A DNA stretch of 64,000 nucleotides from Dimorphilus gyrociliatus (GCA_904063045.1 CAJFCJ010000019.1:62001-126000); one strand, 5' to 3'. Numbered from the stretch's first letter, positions 12,077-25,924 are shown. Numbers and translations: made by a program. The notes: generated by a model not told the origin, from the sequence alone.

Positions 12077-13290
12077 AGATTGTTGTCAAAACACTTATCA
12101 TTCCTCAGGCGAGAACTTTTTTTATACAGTGTGTACTAGCGAGATGAAGACGCTGATAAGACGTCGTAATTTATGAAGATGACGCCGAATTCCTCAAATA
12201 GTTAACATTTTCTCGAACTTGTGTAATTCAGATTTAGGAATTTTATAACGAATTAACATGTAACTGTTATATTTTCATTTTTACAGCTTTTCTGCAGGCA
12301 ATTGATCGATTTGTGTATATTTTCGAATATGTTAATTTAGATATTCTATATAACAATAATAAATAAATATTAAAAAAGAAAATTATTTTTTCTTTAAGAG
12401 AAAATAGGGTGAAAAAAATTTCCAGAATTTCAAATCTCATATGTAAACAGGGAGACCTTGGTGGAGATTTGTCTAGACGCAGCCATATATATCCTCTAAG
12501 TAATATTTACCAGTCGATTATCATGTCCATGTAGTGTATGTATATCTCATAAATATACACTATTGCGTAATAGACATAAGTGGTACGAATTTAACTGAAT
12601 ACAACTTGAAGGGATTAAATACGTAAAGTTTGGACATTTTCAATAATGTTACGTTCATCTATTTTCCATTCTTTTGTCTTCTTTGTTATCTTTCTTCTTG
12701 GATACAATTGAGAAAGAGCGTTCTATGAATAATTCAAGAGCGTGTGCCAAAAATGTTGCCTTTTTTATCTACTTTTATACTGATCCAAATCAGTTTGATG
12801 CATCGTTTTGTGTTTATCAAATAGAATTGTAACAATAAAATGACGGTCTGTGAATAGCCTAATCAAGAATGGCAACGTTCAATTTATCGATCATTACGAC
12901 GGTTTAAAAATAGGTAACTCTTTATGTATCACGTGTCATCCTTCGTTTGTACACAAACGTGAAAAAAACTCCCATAAAGGGTTTCTTTTTTGAGTATCCG
13001 GTTGGTACTTGTACAACAAACATAAGGGTAACTTTTGACTCATAAATACAAAGAATTTCTCTATTGGCAATCAAGTACGTGAGTGTATCGTGTGAGCCAC
13101 TTACAACTATTTTTAAGAGAAAGGAATTTTTCAAATTATAGGCCAAATTAAAATATTTCCTTTTTCTTTTTTTTTCCAATTCTTTACCAGTTTTAAAATA
13201 TTTGAAATTAAAGTAATTTAATAATTCAATTTTATAGTTTTTTTTTCTTTTTCTCTAATTGAGAATTTTTGTGTTTTTTGTCTAAATCAG

Positions 13291-14251
13291 TTATTTTCTA
13301 TACCACATTTGCACAGTTTTCATTCTCTTAATTTTTCTTTGCAGTTGTAAAACAGCGTAAAGAAGGGCTTCTGCCGTTGGAGGACAACCTAAAGAATGTC
13401 ATTTTAATCTTTATGTAAATCTCTAGGAAAATAAGAAGTAAAATACCTGGCACATAGACATCGACTGGTATGACGCGATCGCAGCCTCTCAATACCGAAT
13501 AAGAATAATGGTAGTAGCCTCCTCCGTTTGCGCAGCTGCCCATAGAAATGACCCATCTTGGTTCAGGCATCTGATCGTATATCTTTGTGGAATAATAGAT
13601 CAATTATTTAATGTAATAAGATCGTGCATGAAACGCTTACTCTTCTTAAAGCTGGGGCCATTTTATTTGTTACCGTTCCAGCTACAAGTATACAATCTGC
13701 TTGCCTGGGACTTGCACGGAATACTACTCCAAATCTGTCCATGTCATATCTTGGGGCTGCAAAGTGCATCATTTCGACGGCGCAACAAGCAAGACCAAAA
13801 GTCAATGGCCATAAAGAGCTTTTACGAGCCCAGTTCACTAAGTCATCAACTCTAGCCAAAGCATATTCGGCTGTACTACTTGTTTTTTGAAAGGGAGAAT
13901 ATGGTTTTCTTGTTTGGGGAAGATTACTTTCCTGTACTTGGGGTTGAGACGATTGAGAACTTGCCCACCGTCCGTTTCTATATTATATAATAAACGTTAC
14001 ATACATCTTATATTGCTTACTTAAATAATATACACCAACGTTTGACAAATCAGAGAAGAACCTTTCCAGTTATATCGTAGACATATAGCCGAAATAGACC
14101 TATTCTGCGCAACTGCTGCAAAAATCGAATATTTTAGCTACAAAATAAAATTTCAACTTATAGTGATATGTATTTATAAACACAGCGACTGTTGAAATTT
14201 AGTTATATAAGATTAAGTTGAAAGAAATTGACCTATCAAGGTGGACGCCAT
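13291..14251 (-). CDS. NDUFS7: NADH:ubiquinone oxidoreductase PSST subunit (5 exons)
   Basis: Motifs [54 protein letters not shown] and [11 protein letters not shown]...QMWYRK*. The first exon ATGGCGTCCACCTTGATAG|gt at 14251-14233 begins a transit-peptide-like N-terminus. Splice phases are consistent. Confidence 0.96.
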
Positions 14252-14433
14252 TTTTAAGCGAAACACTACAGTTTATAAAAAAAACTGGTATCTCAGAACC
14301 AGTTTATATGTAAGGTAAAAATATTTATTATTTTATAAAATAAAAGAGTAAAGAGTAGATTTTTCAAAACATATACAGAATTGAGTACATGGCTAAAAAA
14401 AATTGTACATCTAACAAACTAACAAACTACAAT

Positions 14434-15530
14434 TTATAACGAGGATATTCCATATGTCAATTTCAATAGATGATTACCTTCGCCATGATCATGAACGTTT
14501 TTAAATTCGGGTAAAGGTTCCTCTGGGAAAAAATTTACACGACTGTGTGAGAGATTACTCACTTTAATATCCAAATCCCTGAGATCATTTTTGAGTTCGT
14601 TGAAATTGTCTTTCAATTTGGGAAAAAGTGTAGAAATTACATCAGCTACTTTTTGCATCTCCTTTTTTTTTCCCTTAAATTCTTGAGCCTTTGATTGGCA
14701 AAAGAATCCTGGTGTCCGAAGACTTGTACTAAAGCATCTCATGTAGGCTTTGTTAGCGTAGATCCTTTCGGATAGCGCATGTAGATTTAAATGTAGTGAG
14801 TTTTCTTCCACCACGAAAAATTCAGAAAGAATTTCAGCGAACTCAGTAGGTGAAGAAAATTCTGAACTCTTGTTTTGTCTTAACTCATTTCCCGTAACAT
14901 CGGACGCCAATTTCTGATGATTCTTAGATGGTTCGTTGTCACTGGACGAAAATCCCTTTCCATCAGGACTGTCATAGGTTGGTTTTGACCGAGAATCATG
15001 GCAACTATAGTGATCGTTCGGTGAACTGCAAAAAGAAATAGCATGGTATGAGAAATTGTGAAATTATGCGATATTGATTTGATACGAATGAAGGCAAAAG
15101 AAATATTATACAAATAATATATTTATATATTAATACTAACTCCAATCCTCGTGAAAAGGTATCGCCATTCGATGGGATGGCTGCTTGATTTACTGAAGCT
15201 TCTTTTTTCGTGATCATATTTTTTAATGACCTTGAGCTTTTAATCATGTGAATGGCGAAAGATACGAACAGGAAGTCACCTTTGGCATGAATTTTGAATT
15301 CACGAGTGAGTTTCAGGATCAATTCTAAACAAACGTGTTATCGATTGTTACAAATTGTTTTTGAGAATAAGTTATGTTTTTACCCTAACACAATCTTGGG
15401 TTCTTCCTTCCCTATGTAACATGTTTTACCATTAGTTTTAGCATATCCAGTACAGCTGACTTTACCCCTACAAACTAATTTTCAACTCAAATTTGAACCT
15501 TAAGAAAACTCCAAAATGAACGTTTACCAT
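14434..15530 (-). CDS. Uncharacterised multi-exon protein
   Basis: The long terminal exon (14434 to about 15027) joins in phase 2 to the exon ending ...SRGL(D). Upstream phase-consistent exons can be built, including a 21-nt microexon (about 15324-15304). The 5' end is uncertain and no domain is recognised. Confidence 0.55.
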
Positions 15531-16012
15531 TGATCACTCAATAATTAATAGAAAGTATTATTTTAAATTACAAGTAACGTATATGAACAGTTTATATAGC
15601 ATAACGAGTATAGCTGTAGATAGCTACGTAATAACTGCAAAGTACAGTAGCCATCAATGTAGTATTAATAATAACGTATTGATAGAGAATACTATTTTAG
15701 CATTCAATTCTCCTCGAGTTATTTTAGATAAAGAATACAATGCTTGCTAAAGAAGAAAGATAGATGATATTTCTGTGATAAGAAACAGAATAATTGCTAA
15801 TTTTTATATTTATAGGATTCTATACTTAATAATTTGATATTTAAAGATTCCAATTTAAATAGATTGTCAACATAATTCTATGCACACAATGTCAATTATA
15901 TAATTTCCAAACGAATGGTGAAAAACTTAAACAGTTAATTTCCGATTATATTGCAGATATTATCAATTTACTTATTGAAGAAGATAGCTTGGATAGGTTT
16001 ATTTTCAAAAGT

Positions 16013-17405
16013 TCATGAACAGTTAAAAGCAGCTATTGCAGGATGATCCATCGGAGCATCAGTTGCTATCAGTCCAACAAATGCCTTAGTACCCCATATT
16101 GCGTGTTTGATAACTTTACAACATCCCAAATCATCGATTTCGAAACCCAAATCTCTGTAGATTTCGTTCGTTTCAAAGAGAGTATTGTTTGTGTGAGTTT
16201 TACTAAGAAACTGTAAATATTTAAAATTACTTGAGTGTTAATTATAGCTGCAATACTTTGTATATAATTCTTACAGGTTTGCCGGAAGCAGGGTCAATAA
16301 AGTCAGCCCAATATCCTGAACTTTCAAGAGCTCGACAGATATCTTGGGCTCCTTCGATAAACTAAAGATAACAAAATGTAATTAAATATATATACAAGTT
16401 TTTAATGGTAATGATAATAAATCTCACAGATTCAAGTAGCTGCTCTCTCTCCTCTTCAACACTATTATTCCATGTAGTCATATCATTATCAGTTTTTTGA
16501 GACATAGTTATAACTGTAATATCTTCTGGCAACTGTAAGGAAGAGATAATACATTAGCAGAGTGCTTGAATATATATCAAGTAAAATGACTTTTCTGTCA
16601 GGGAAAAGAGGTTGTAATTCTTTCATTATTCGAGAATTGCTTGTGTTTGCAACACATTCAACAGGGCGTAAATTTTTTGACTCCATCTAGAGAAAATGTT
16701 ACAATCTTGTTAGGAATATTTTACTACGGTTCAAAGTCTGGATATTACTAACTTCTGCTTGTAAATTAGCAATAACCGAATCGTGCTTATCAAATTGAGT
16801 GGGGAATAGTCCATTCACTTCTTCCTCAGTCAAAATATTATTTAGCTGTTAAAGTGTTAAATAATTTTAAATTAATTGTTCGAAGTGTATAAATAAATAT
16901 TCGTTTATGTACACTTACACTTATGGAGGAGGGTATTTTCACATTCGGCCCAACAAAGCCAGGAAATGGAAATTTGTGATCACTAGGAGACTGCAAAATA
17001 CCTAGTTGAACATCTGGCCAATCTGCAGCTGCTGTTATTTTATAAATTTGATATTAAATTGAGAGTAAAAAATATTTCAGAAAAGTCGGAGCCAAATGAG
17101 CTGGAGGCAACTCACCCTCTGACGAAAGTGACTGAAGGGGGAAGTCTGGCCACGAGCCGACATACCTTCCGACTGGGAACTCACCGTAGCGATCAATAAC
17201 AACGGGTTGTTTAGTGGGTATATAAACGGGCGTACCCTCCTGATTGGTATTACAAAATCGGCGAAAGTGAGATGTCAAGGCAGACCAATTACGACCGTAG
17301 CACTTAGCTGACTTGAAGATCTAGTTTGAAGAAATCGAATTTCGAATCATTTTCTACAAAGAAATATATAAATAAAAAAATTTTGTTACTCACACGACTT
17401 GCCAT
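16013..17405 (-). CDS. MMADHC: Cobalamin trafficking protein CblD (multi-exon)
   Basis: Motifs [45 protein letters not shown] and [34 protein letters not shown]. The first exon is ATGGCAAGTCGT|gtgagt, and the N-terminus is basic and transit-peptide-like. Confidence 0.93.
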
Positions 17406-17769
17406 AATTATTTATAATAGTCCAATGTATCACTTATGAAGAAAATGGTAATCCGTTACAGGTGACTATTACAGATACCACTATCATTCGCTTAATTAAA
17501 CAGCCGTTGTTGGCAAGAAAAATACTTACGTAGTAGTATTTTTATTTTGTTTTTTGAAGTAGAAGAGGGCCAACGTCCTTAAGAAATACTAAGCTGACCT
17601 TCCAAGGTCTTATAGAAAAATAAGAACTAAACGGTTAACGAATTAATCGGTTACCGGAAGTTTCTGTATCACGCATGCGCAAACGTTAGCAGCGTGTATT
17701 TGTCCGTTTTGAAATATCTTGAAAAGACTGCGGACATTTGTGCTTAGAAGGACTTGGAGTCAAATTGTC
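17406..17769. promoter_or_regulatory. Bidirectional promoter MMADHC/STRAP
   Basis: Divergent start codons 364 bp apart. ETS/GABP motif ACCGGAAGT at 17653-17661 next to an NRF1-like ACGCATGCGCA at 17671-17681. Confidence 0.6.
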
Positions 17770-18806
17770 ATGCCGCAAGTGAACTTCCGCCAGGTCCCTT
17801 TGACCTGTAGTGGGCACACAAGGCCCGTTGTCGATATGGACTTCAGCGACATAACAGAACATGGCTATTTCATCATTAGCGCATGTAAAGATGGAAAACC
17901 TATGTTAAGGTAAAATTCAATTTTTTTTTTTTTGCAAATTTGAATAACGTAATATATTTCAGACAAGGAGAAACTGGTGACTGGATAGGCACTTTTGAAG
18001 GACATAAAGGTGCTGTTTGGAGCGTTTCATTAAACAGCGAAGCGACAAAAGCTGCCAGCGGGGCAGCTGATTTCGAAGCTAAAATTTGGGATGCAATAAG
18101 CGGCGATAAGCTCATGTCTTTTTCGCATAAACATATTGTGAAAGCTGTAGACTTTTCGAATGACAGTCAAAAATTGTTGACCGGAAGCAATGAAAAGCTG
18201 CTACGTATTTTCGACTTGAATAATACTGACTCTGAACCTTTTTTGTTCAGTGGTCATACGGACTTGATTAGAAATTCTGTTTTCTGTCCAGACGAAAATT
18301 TTATAATCAGCTCGTCAGACGACAAGACGATCCGCTTATGGGACAGGAGAACTGGACACGTGTGCAAAGAAGTTGAGCTCCCAGACATACCGATGAGTAT
18401 TGAAATTTCAGTAGACGGTACTTTACTTACAGTAGGCCATGGTCGTAAGATATCTTTCTACTCAATGGATTCTTTGAATCTTGATAAGGAATTTACTGCT
18501 GAAGCTGAAATCATCAGTGCTTCTTTACATCCGTCGAAATCATGTGCTGTGTGTGGAGGTCAAAATTTCACTCTTTACAAGTACGATTTTGAGACGGGTG
18601 TTATGTCTGAGTCATATAAAGGTCACTTTGGTCCAGTTCATTGTATTAAGTTTAGTCCTGATGGTGAGCTGTATGCTAGTGGAAGTGAAGACGGGACTCT
18701 TCGTCTATGGCAAACAACACCTGGCAAGACTTACGGACTTTGGAAAGCAGAAGGTGAAGAGATAGAGGAGAGTGAGATTACCCCCGTGGAAAATGGAGAT
18801 CAATAA
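17770..18806 (+). CDS. STRAP: Serine-threonine kinase receptor-associated protein (UNRIP), WD40 protein, 2 exons
   Basis: RQVPLTCSGHTRPVVD...SACKDGKPMLR|QGETGDWIGTFEGHKGAVW and GHFGPVHCIKFSPDGELYASGSEDGTLRLWQT. Intron 17910-17962. Confidence 0.96.
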
Positions 18807-19234
18807 GTTACAGTGAAATCGAACTCAATTGTTCAATTTTGTTAAATTAATGTTAATTAATGAGATGTAATGTAACTGTTGAATAAAGATTTATGTTTTT
18901 TTGTACTTAATGGCTTAATGTTTCGTTCAATTTATCCAAATTGTATACAAAATTGGATCAAAACTCATCTTGAAGGATAGTTTTTTTGCTTAAAGAGAAT
19001 TGAATACAATTTTTTTATATTTAAACTATTACTAGAATTTGCTATCAACTAAAATTAATTACTTCCAATTTGAAGTAAACATATTAACAAAGGGTAAATC
19101 ACGTAACAAAAAAAAGTAGTATTGTAAACTGTAAGGACTCACGAAATTAAAGCTAACATTAAGTCAAAACGCGTGCCTAGACATAAAAAATATCCTATGT
19201 GGAAAATGTCTGTTCTTTCAAATAACTATTTTCA

Positions 19235-20284
19235 TTAATTGCTCCATATTTTCAATCTTTGGGTTTCTCGTTGTATCTCTCCAACTCCTTCGTTTATGTC
19301 GGCAAGAACATCACCAGTCATTGCGGCAGCCTCCTTAAATTTTTATAATCAATATTTCAAAACAAAAAGAAACAGTGTAACAAACTTGATTTTTATTATA
19401 TCGTCGAGCTTCTCCAGAAAGTGGATCCCTGAAAACGTAAGCCGATCCTGGTCGGGAAAAATACGTTTGTTGATTTGATGGCACTGCTTCCTCTTCTTGA
19501 CTGGAAAGCTGTGGAGTAGTTAACAGAGAATTAAATTGCAAAAAAATAACGGAATGTATTTTTGGAAACGTAGAGAAAAATTCTCAATTTAAAATAATAC
19601 GATATCAACAACTGACCTTAGTAATTATATTCATTCTTAAAAGTTCGGATTTGTGTGTTCTTTTACAATTTCTCGCTAAAATCATTAAATTAAGTATAAG
19701 CATAGTATTAAACGGTAATAAAATAATAGTACCAGCAAAAAATGGCCATATTGAATCAAGTGCTGATGCAAAATCAACAGCCGTTCTGTTTGTAGAAATT
19801 TTATAGTACTATCTATATCGCAATTTTAGCTGTTACCTTCCCTGATGATCTCTAATATCTACTCTAGGATTGTATTCCATTAATTTCATAATAACTTTTC
19901 CATGATCTTGAAAAGCGGCGCAATGCAGAGGAGTCCAGTTTGTTCCCGCATTTGTTCCATTGATGTCAGCACTAATTCAATTTTTTATTATCTATGTCAA
20001 TCTTTTTCGATTCGTAAAATAATGCACTTACTTTGACTGTAAAAGCAAACTAACAATATCGGAATAACCCCAAAAAGCTGCTAGGCCTAGTGGAGTCATT
20101 CCATCAGGAGATCGTTTGTTTACATCATGATTATTGGCAATCAGCTGTTGAATAGCCTATAAAAGAATAATTAAAATAATTTTTAAGCTTTTATATTTGT
20201 CATTTTTGAAAATCAACTACAGACGGTATAGTTTCCTTGAGCAACGGCTGCGGCAATAGTTTTCGGCGTTGGGGGGGCGGCCAT
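19235..20284 (-). CDS. Small ankyrin-repeat protein (multi-exon)
   Basis: Exons read MAAPPTPKTIAAAVAQGNY / DVNKRSPDGMTPLGLAAFWGYSDIVSLLL / GTNWTPLHCAAFQDHGKVIMKLM / RTAVDFASALDSIWPFF, with canonical splice sites and a stop at 19235. Confidence 0.85.
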
Positions 20285-20731
20285 TTTTAAACAACAATTC
20301 TACAGTTTCGTACTTTTTAGTTGGTAGGCTATTTGAACTGTTCATAAAACAGCCTGCTATATCTAATATTTTTCATTTAGAAATTTTAATTTTTACTTAT
20401 GGAATATTTTCAAAGTAGTGTACGAGTATCATTATACAATGTTTATAAAGTTTAAATCATTTTCTACGTTCCCGCCAACGCGACCACTTTAATTTTAGGG
20501 AAACATTCATCAAACAAAATAATTTTTGAAATCGAATATATTAATATTATAATGATTGTTTATGGTCGTATGTAGAAAATTTTAAACATGTACTTTATCG
20601 ATCACGATAATATTAGCGAAAAATAGATATTTTTCCCAGACTAAATTATGCAATATTTTCTCATGAAACCGTAGACTGGTTACCAGTAAAAGCTTGGCGC
20701 ATCACCGCCATATTGAAAAAATTAGTAGAAA
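20285..20731. promoter_or_regulatory. Bidirectional promoter ankyrin gene/ZNF236
   Basis: Divergent starts about 450 bp apart. YY1-type motifs CCGCCATATT (about 20705) and AAAATGGCCGC, the latter overlapping the ankyrin ATG. Confidence 0.5.
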
Positions 20732-23700
20732 ATGTCTCTTTCAAATTCAGACGTTGAAGATACAGAAACACATGGATTGAGCAGTAAGTGTTTTACATTA
20801 ACTTATTTTATCATCTTTTCGAAAAAATCGTCGACATAACCGTTGGATTCAGGCATAGACAGAGTAGTCCCGGTCGCACTCATCTTTGTCCTCTTTATAT
20901 ACTGAGGCGCATGGATATTTTCTGGTGCTATTTTATTTTTTTTTTTTTTTTGAGTTCGAAACAGAAAGTAGGAAGTATATAACTAATTATCACATTTGAT
21001 TAACTTCTTGTATTGGCCAACGGGTTTCTCCAAAGCTTTCGCTTTGACCTAAAAATTTAACAATAATCAGAATGCTATTAGAATTAACACTCGCTTTTCT
21101 TTAAACAGCTATTATCTTGCATCAACCTGCTGAAAATGTAGCGATTTTACCTGATAACTCAACAACGGATTCGAATTTGCAAAATAGTGGCATTGTAATA
21201 TTGCCGTTACCTGACGGATTGACTTCTGAGTCTGCCCAACTATGGTCCACCGAATCGCTATCTGAAAGTCCTATTCCCCAAAATTCTGTTATACCGCAAC
21301 AACTATATGAAAAAAATAACGTTTATTCATATAATAATAAATTATACGCCGTGATCGATGGCGAATTTCAACCGATTGAATTACAAAGCTCGGATATATG
21401 CAGTGCGCTTGATGAGAATGCCACTATAACAATTCAAAATATAGAAGATGATGAAACTTTGAAAAGAAAGCGACCGGAGGAGATAATAGAACCTCCTATT
21501 GGTAAAGGACCATACAAATGTTTAGTATGTGAGAAAATATTCGATAAATATCCACTTCTGATCCGCCACAAGAAAACTCATGCGAACGAGAAGCCTCATT
21601 GTTGCGATCACTGTAATGCATCATTTAATCATGAAGAGAATTTGAAAATTCATATGTCAATTCACACAAAAAGTGATAGACCAACATGTTCTCAGTGTGG
21701 GAAATCATTTAAGCGTCTAGCATCACTAAAGGCTCATATACACTATCACCTTCAAGATGAAACACTAATGTGCACTGAATGTGGGGATGAATTTAGCTCT
21801 TTATACAATCTAGATAAACACATGAATGAGCATACGCTAGTGCAAGTTCAACGTGAAAAAAGGACTTTAACTTGTAAATATCCCCAATGCAAAGAAACTT
21901 TCGACAGAGCATCAAGCTTACGTGAGCATCAGAAACAACATCAAATAATTACTGCCTCAATGGCAAGGAAACAAATTCATAAAAAGGTTATTGATAGAAC
22001 CCACTTTTCACATGCGTGTGTTCATTGCGAGAAAAGATTTCAGAAGCCTTCTCAACTGGAAAGACATACGAGAATTCATACAGGAGAAAGGCCTTACAAG
22101 TGTAAGATGTGCAGTAAGGCTTTTAATCAAAGTGGCGCTTTAAAATTACATATGCCAAAACATACTAAAGAAAGACCTCACAAGTGTGATTTATGTTTAA
22201 TGACCTTCAGTCAAAGAGGAAATTTACGTGCACATATAGCGCGATTACACTCCATTAATCCTGGTGAAGAAAATAAACGATTCAAATGCGACTATTGTCC
22301 GTGCATGTTTAGAAAATTGGGTTCTATGAATTCGCATGTAAGCAGATTTCATCCTAAAGCTGAAGCAGGACTAAATATCGAATCTTATAAATATCCTCCA
22401 ACATCAGAAGCTAATCCAAACGATTCAACAAGCCAAAATCTCGATGTACAAGGAAGTGATCCAGGAGGAGGTTCCGGGGATATTTTAAGTAGAGCCATGG
22501 AAAATAGCGGTGTTGAGGAAGAAAGAATTATGTCCCAGAATGTTCATGAGGAATTACCTGAATTAACAGACAGTGTATCTGGTGGAACACGGCAATATCA
22601 ATTGAAAATTTGCGTTCGATCTGGTGTAAAGTGGCATCAGTGTGACTACTGTTCAAAAGAATTTCGGAAGCCTTCCGACCTTATTCGACACATTAGGGTG
22701 CATACTCACGAAAGACCATATGCATGCAATCAGTGTAACAAGAGATTTGCTATCAAATCCACACTTACAAATCATAAAAAGACTCATTTGGGTATTAAAG
22801 AATATTCTTGTGCTGTTTGCTCAAAACACTTCGCATCGCTAGCTAGTCTAAAGGTTCATCAGAGGCTTCACACTGGATCTAAACCTTTTGTATGCACGCA
22901 ATGTGATAAAAGATTTCGTACAGCTGGCCATAAGAATGCTCATATCCAAACTCACTCGAGAAAAAATTCATCCTCAGCCGGAGTATTTCGAAGAAAAGTT
23001 AATGCTATTAGTGGCCAATCAAACAATTTTATTGAATCTCTGCCTGAAGTACAATTATCCCAACCGCTCAGAAAGTTACCAAATGGAACATTGTTAGAAC
23101 AAGCTCCAAGAAAAGCAAAATTCTTGGGAGATCAAATTGATCCTGATAGACCCCACAAATGTGACTATTGCTTGCGTGGATTTAAGAAGTCATCACATTT
23201 GAAGCAACATATTAGACGCCACACTGGGGAACGTCCATATAATTGCATTAAATGTCTTCGCAGTTTCTCCAGCGCTAGCGTATTAAAACAACACATCAGA
23301 ACACATACCGGTCAAAAATCTTATAAATGCGAAGATTGCGAAAGCAATTTTTCAACCAAAGGCTCTCTAATGAGACACAAGACGACTCATAGTGAAGAGA
23401 GGCCATACGTTTGTCCTTATTGTCATAAGGTTGGTTTAGGTTCAAAAAGTATTGAATTTACTTAAAAACTTATTTTTTATGTACATTTTTTTAGACTTTC
23501 AAAACAACGATGAATTGTAAGAAGCATATAAATACGCATAAGTACGAATTAAAGATGCAAGTTTTCGAAGACAATCGCGATTTAGGACTCATTGCCAACG
23601 ACCAGTCAAATGTTGCTGTTGAGCAGGACCCTTCCGGTTGTTTGCGAGAAACCACCACTGTTGTTTCAGAAGCAAGTAATCAAGTTTTTACTCAATCAGT

Positions 23701-25924
23701 ACAACCAAGTAATATTGTGCAAGAAGAGCAAACCCTACCTGAAGTAACGTTTCAAGAGCAAGTTAATACTGGTATCAATTACACAAGTAACGTTGAATTA
23801 AATTCGGATTTCGTTCCAACGAATGCCATCGCCGATTCCATTGATCCTCAACTATATGCATTAAATCAAATAGACACCAGTAATGCTTCTATTCTGACTC
23901 AAGTGCTGAATGCAGCTGGCGTGACTGGTGTTACTGGAGTAACCGTAGTTTCTGAAGACGAATCACATGCTGTTGGTACCGATTATACTATTGCTTCAGG
24001 TATTGAGACTCAACATGTGGAGAGTTTTGGACCATTGAAATATGTATTTTCTGATCCGAATCGTCTCTTTTTCAAATGTGCTCTCTGTTCAAAATTAGCG
24101 CCAGATCAATTAGAATACGACAGACATATGAGGGAAGCTCATCCTCAAACAGATCCGGCTACAGCACCGGCATTGATAGATACTCAATTGGAAAATGTAA
24201 TAGACTCAGTAAGAACTGTGTCAGCCGGAAGAGGCCGAAATAACACGCAAGTTATTAAATTAAGCGATGAACAGGCTGAAAAGCTTTCGAAAACAGAGCC
24301 TAATGAAAAAATGAGTTTATCTGAAAAGCTATTAATTGAAAGTGCCAGAGAACGATCCAGTTTAAGTTATGATCAACAAGTGAAATCTACCAGAATACTT
24401 GATATGATTGAAACAAATGTGACGGAAACTCCTACGATATCTTCCAATTCTTCTAGCCAAGGTGCTAGTATCAGCAATGGGGAAAGTGCTCCCTTGTCTC
24501 CCACAGCTACTGCATTGGTGCCAACTTCTCATCAAAGCTGTTCTAATACCGTTACATTGTCTGTTCAGGTGGAAAATTTAAATGAAGAGAAGCAAAGTAA
24601 ACAACGAAGAGCCGGAAAATCAACTGTCGGGCACAATAAATGCGAATTTTGTAATAAAGTATTTAAAAAGCCTTCAGATTTGGCTCGACATGTGCGTACT
24701 CATACTGGAGAGAAACCTTTTGCTTGCCCTACTTGCCATAGAACGTTTACAGTTAAATCAACTTTAGATACTCACTTAAAGATACATCAAGGGAAACAAA
24801 CAAAAGAATATTCTTGTCATATGTGCAACACTTCATTCGCAAGCAAAGGTTCGCTTAAAGTGCATATGCGTCTTCATACAGGAAGCCGACCGTTTAAATG
24901 TGCTCATTGTTCGCAAACCTTCAGAACATCAGGGCACAGAAAATCCCATCAACAGAATCATTTGAAGGGAGATTCTCCAACAAAATCAAGGAAACGAACG
25001 AATAGGGGTGGGTTAATCAGCGATTATGAACGTCGGGACAGAGCCGCAAAGCAATTACAAGACAGTAATCAGCAACCACATATATTTGACATGAACGATG
25101 GTCTTCGACCCAGCGGTGTAATTGCCTTGTTGGAATCTGAAAATGACCTTCCTAATAGTCAATTACAAATTAATCCCGCAGACTTCCAAATGCTTGTTGA
25201 GCATGCGGGTAATATGATGGATTTACCGGTAGATCCAAATTCCGATATGGCTGAGCAGGACTCATCACAGTGTGCTAGATCGCATCCTACATCTGTCGTA
25301 ATTGACACATCCGAAATAGAACGTTACGGAGTGTCAGTAACAGATATTCAACAAGATGGGACGGGACATCCAATATTTCTTTTTTCAGCAGTTGATAATC
25401 GATCTAAGGATGACGAAAATGCCGTAACGCCCATAGTTGTACAAACCGCACCTAGTATGAAAACTGAGAGAGCTCATAAATGTAAATTTTGTGGAAAAGC
25501 TTTTAAAAGAGCCTACCATTTATCAGAGCATCTGAGAGATGTTCACGGCGAAGGTGAACAAAAACCGAGACCGACTCCTCACAAATGCCAACATTGTACG
25601 AAATCATTTCAAAAACCTTCTCAACTGCAGCGTCATATTAGAATTCATACTGGTGAACGACCATTTCAGTGTGATTTGTGTGACAAAGCATTCAATCAGA
25701 AAAACGCTTTGAATATGCATCTAAAGAAACACTCAGGCGACAAGCAACATCATTGCCCTCATTGCAATCAGGGCTTCGTTCAGAAAGGAAATTTGAAAAC
25801 TCATATGAGGCGTGCTCACTCTCAAAAGGTGACTGACCAGAATTCACAACTGCCCTTTGATTCTCACTTGGGTCTCGAAGACGAACCCTTATCGGGTGAC
25901 GTACCGAAATTACTGTTTGACTGA
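20732..25924 (+). CDS. ZNF236: Multi-C2H2 zinc-finger protein, about 26 fingers, 3 coding exons
   Basis: Clusters [26 protein letters not shown] and [25 protein letters not shown] recur internally. The finger CPYCHK|[11 protein letters not shown] is split by an intron at about 23430-23495, matching recalled ZNF236 architecture. Confidence 0.82.

Noticed and set aside
9934-13179. Several 65-128 aa ORFs in the gene-free block
   Set aside because: Their composition reflects T/A or purine runs (Phe/Lys-rich), they often use non-ATG starts, and they show no motifs or chainable splice phases.
17032-17184. Calling a bona fide cobalamin riboswitch
   Set aside because: There is only a loose GGAAGG...GCCAGAC resemblance, and the full B12-box and four-way junction are not evident. 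It is kept only as a hypothesis.
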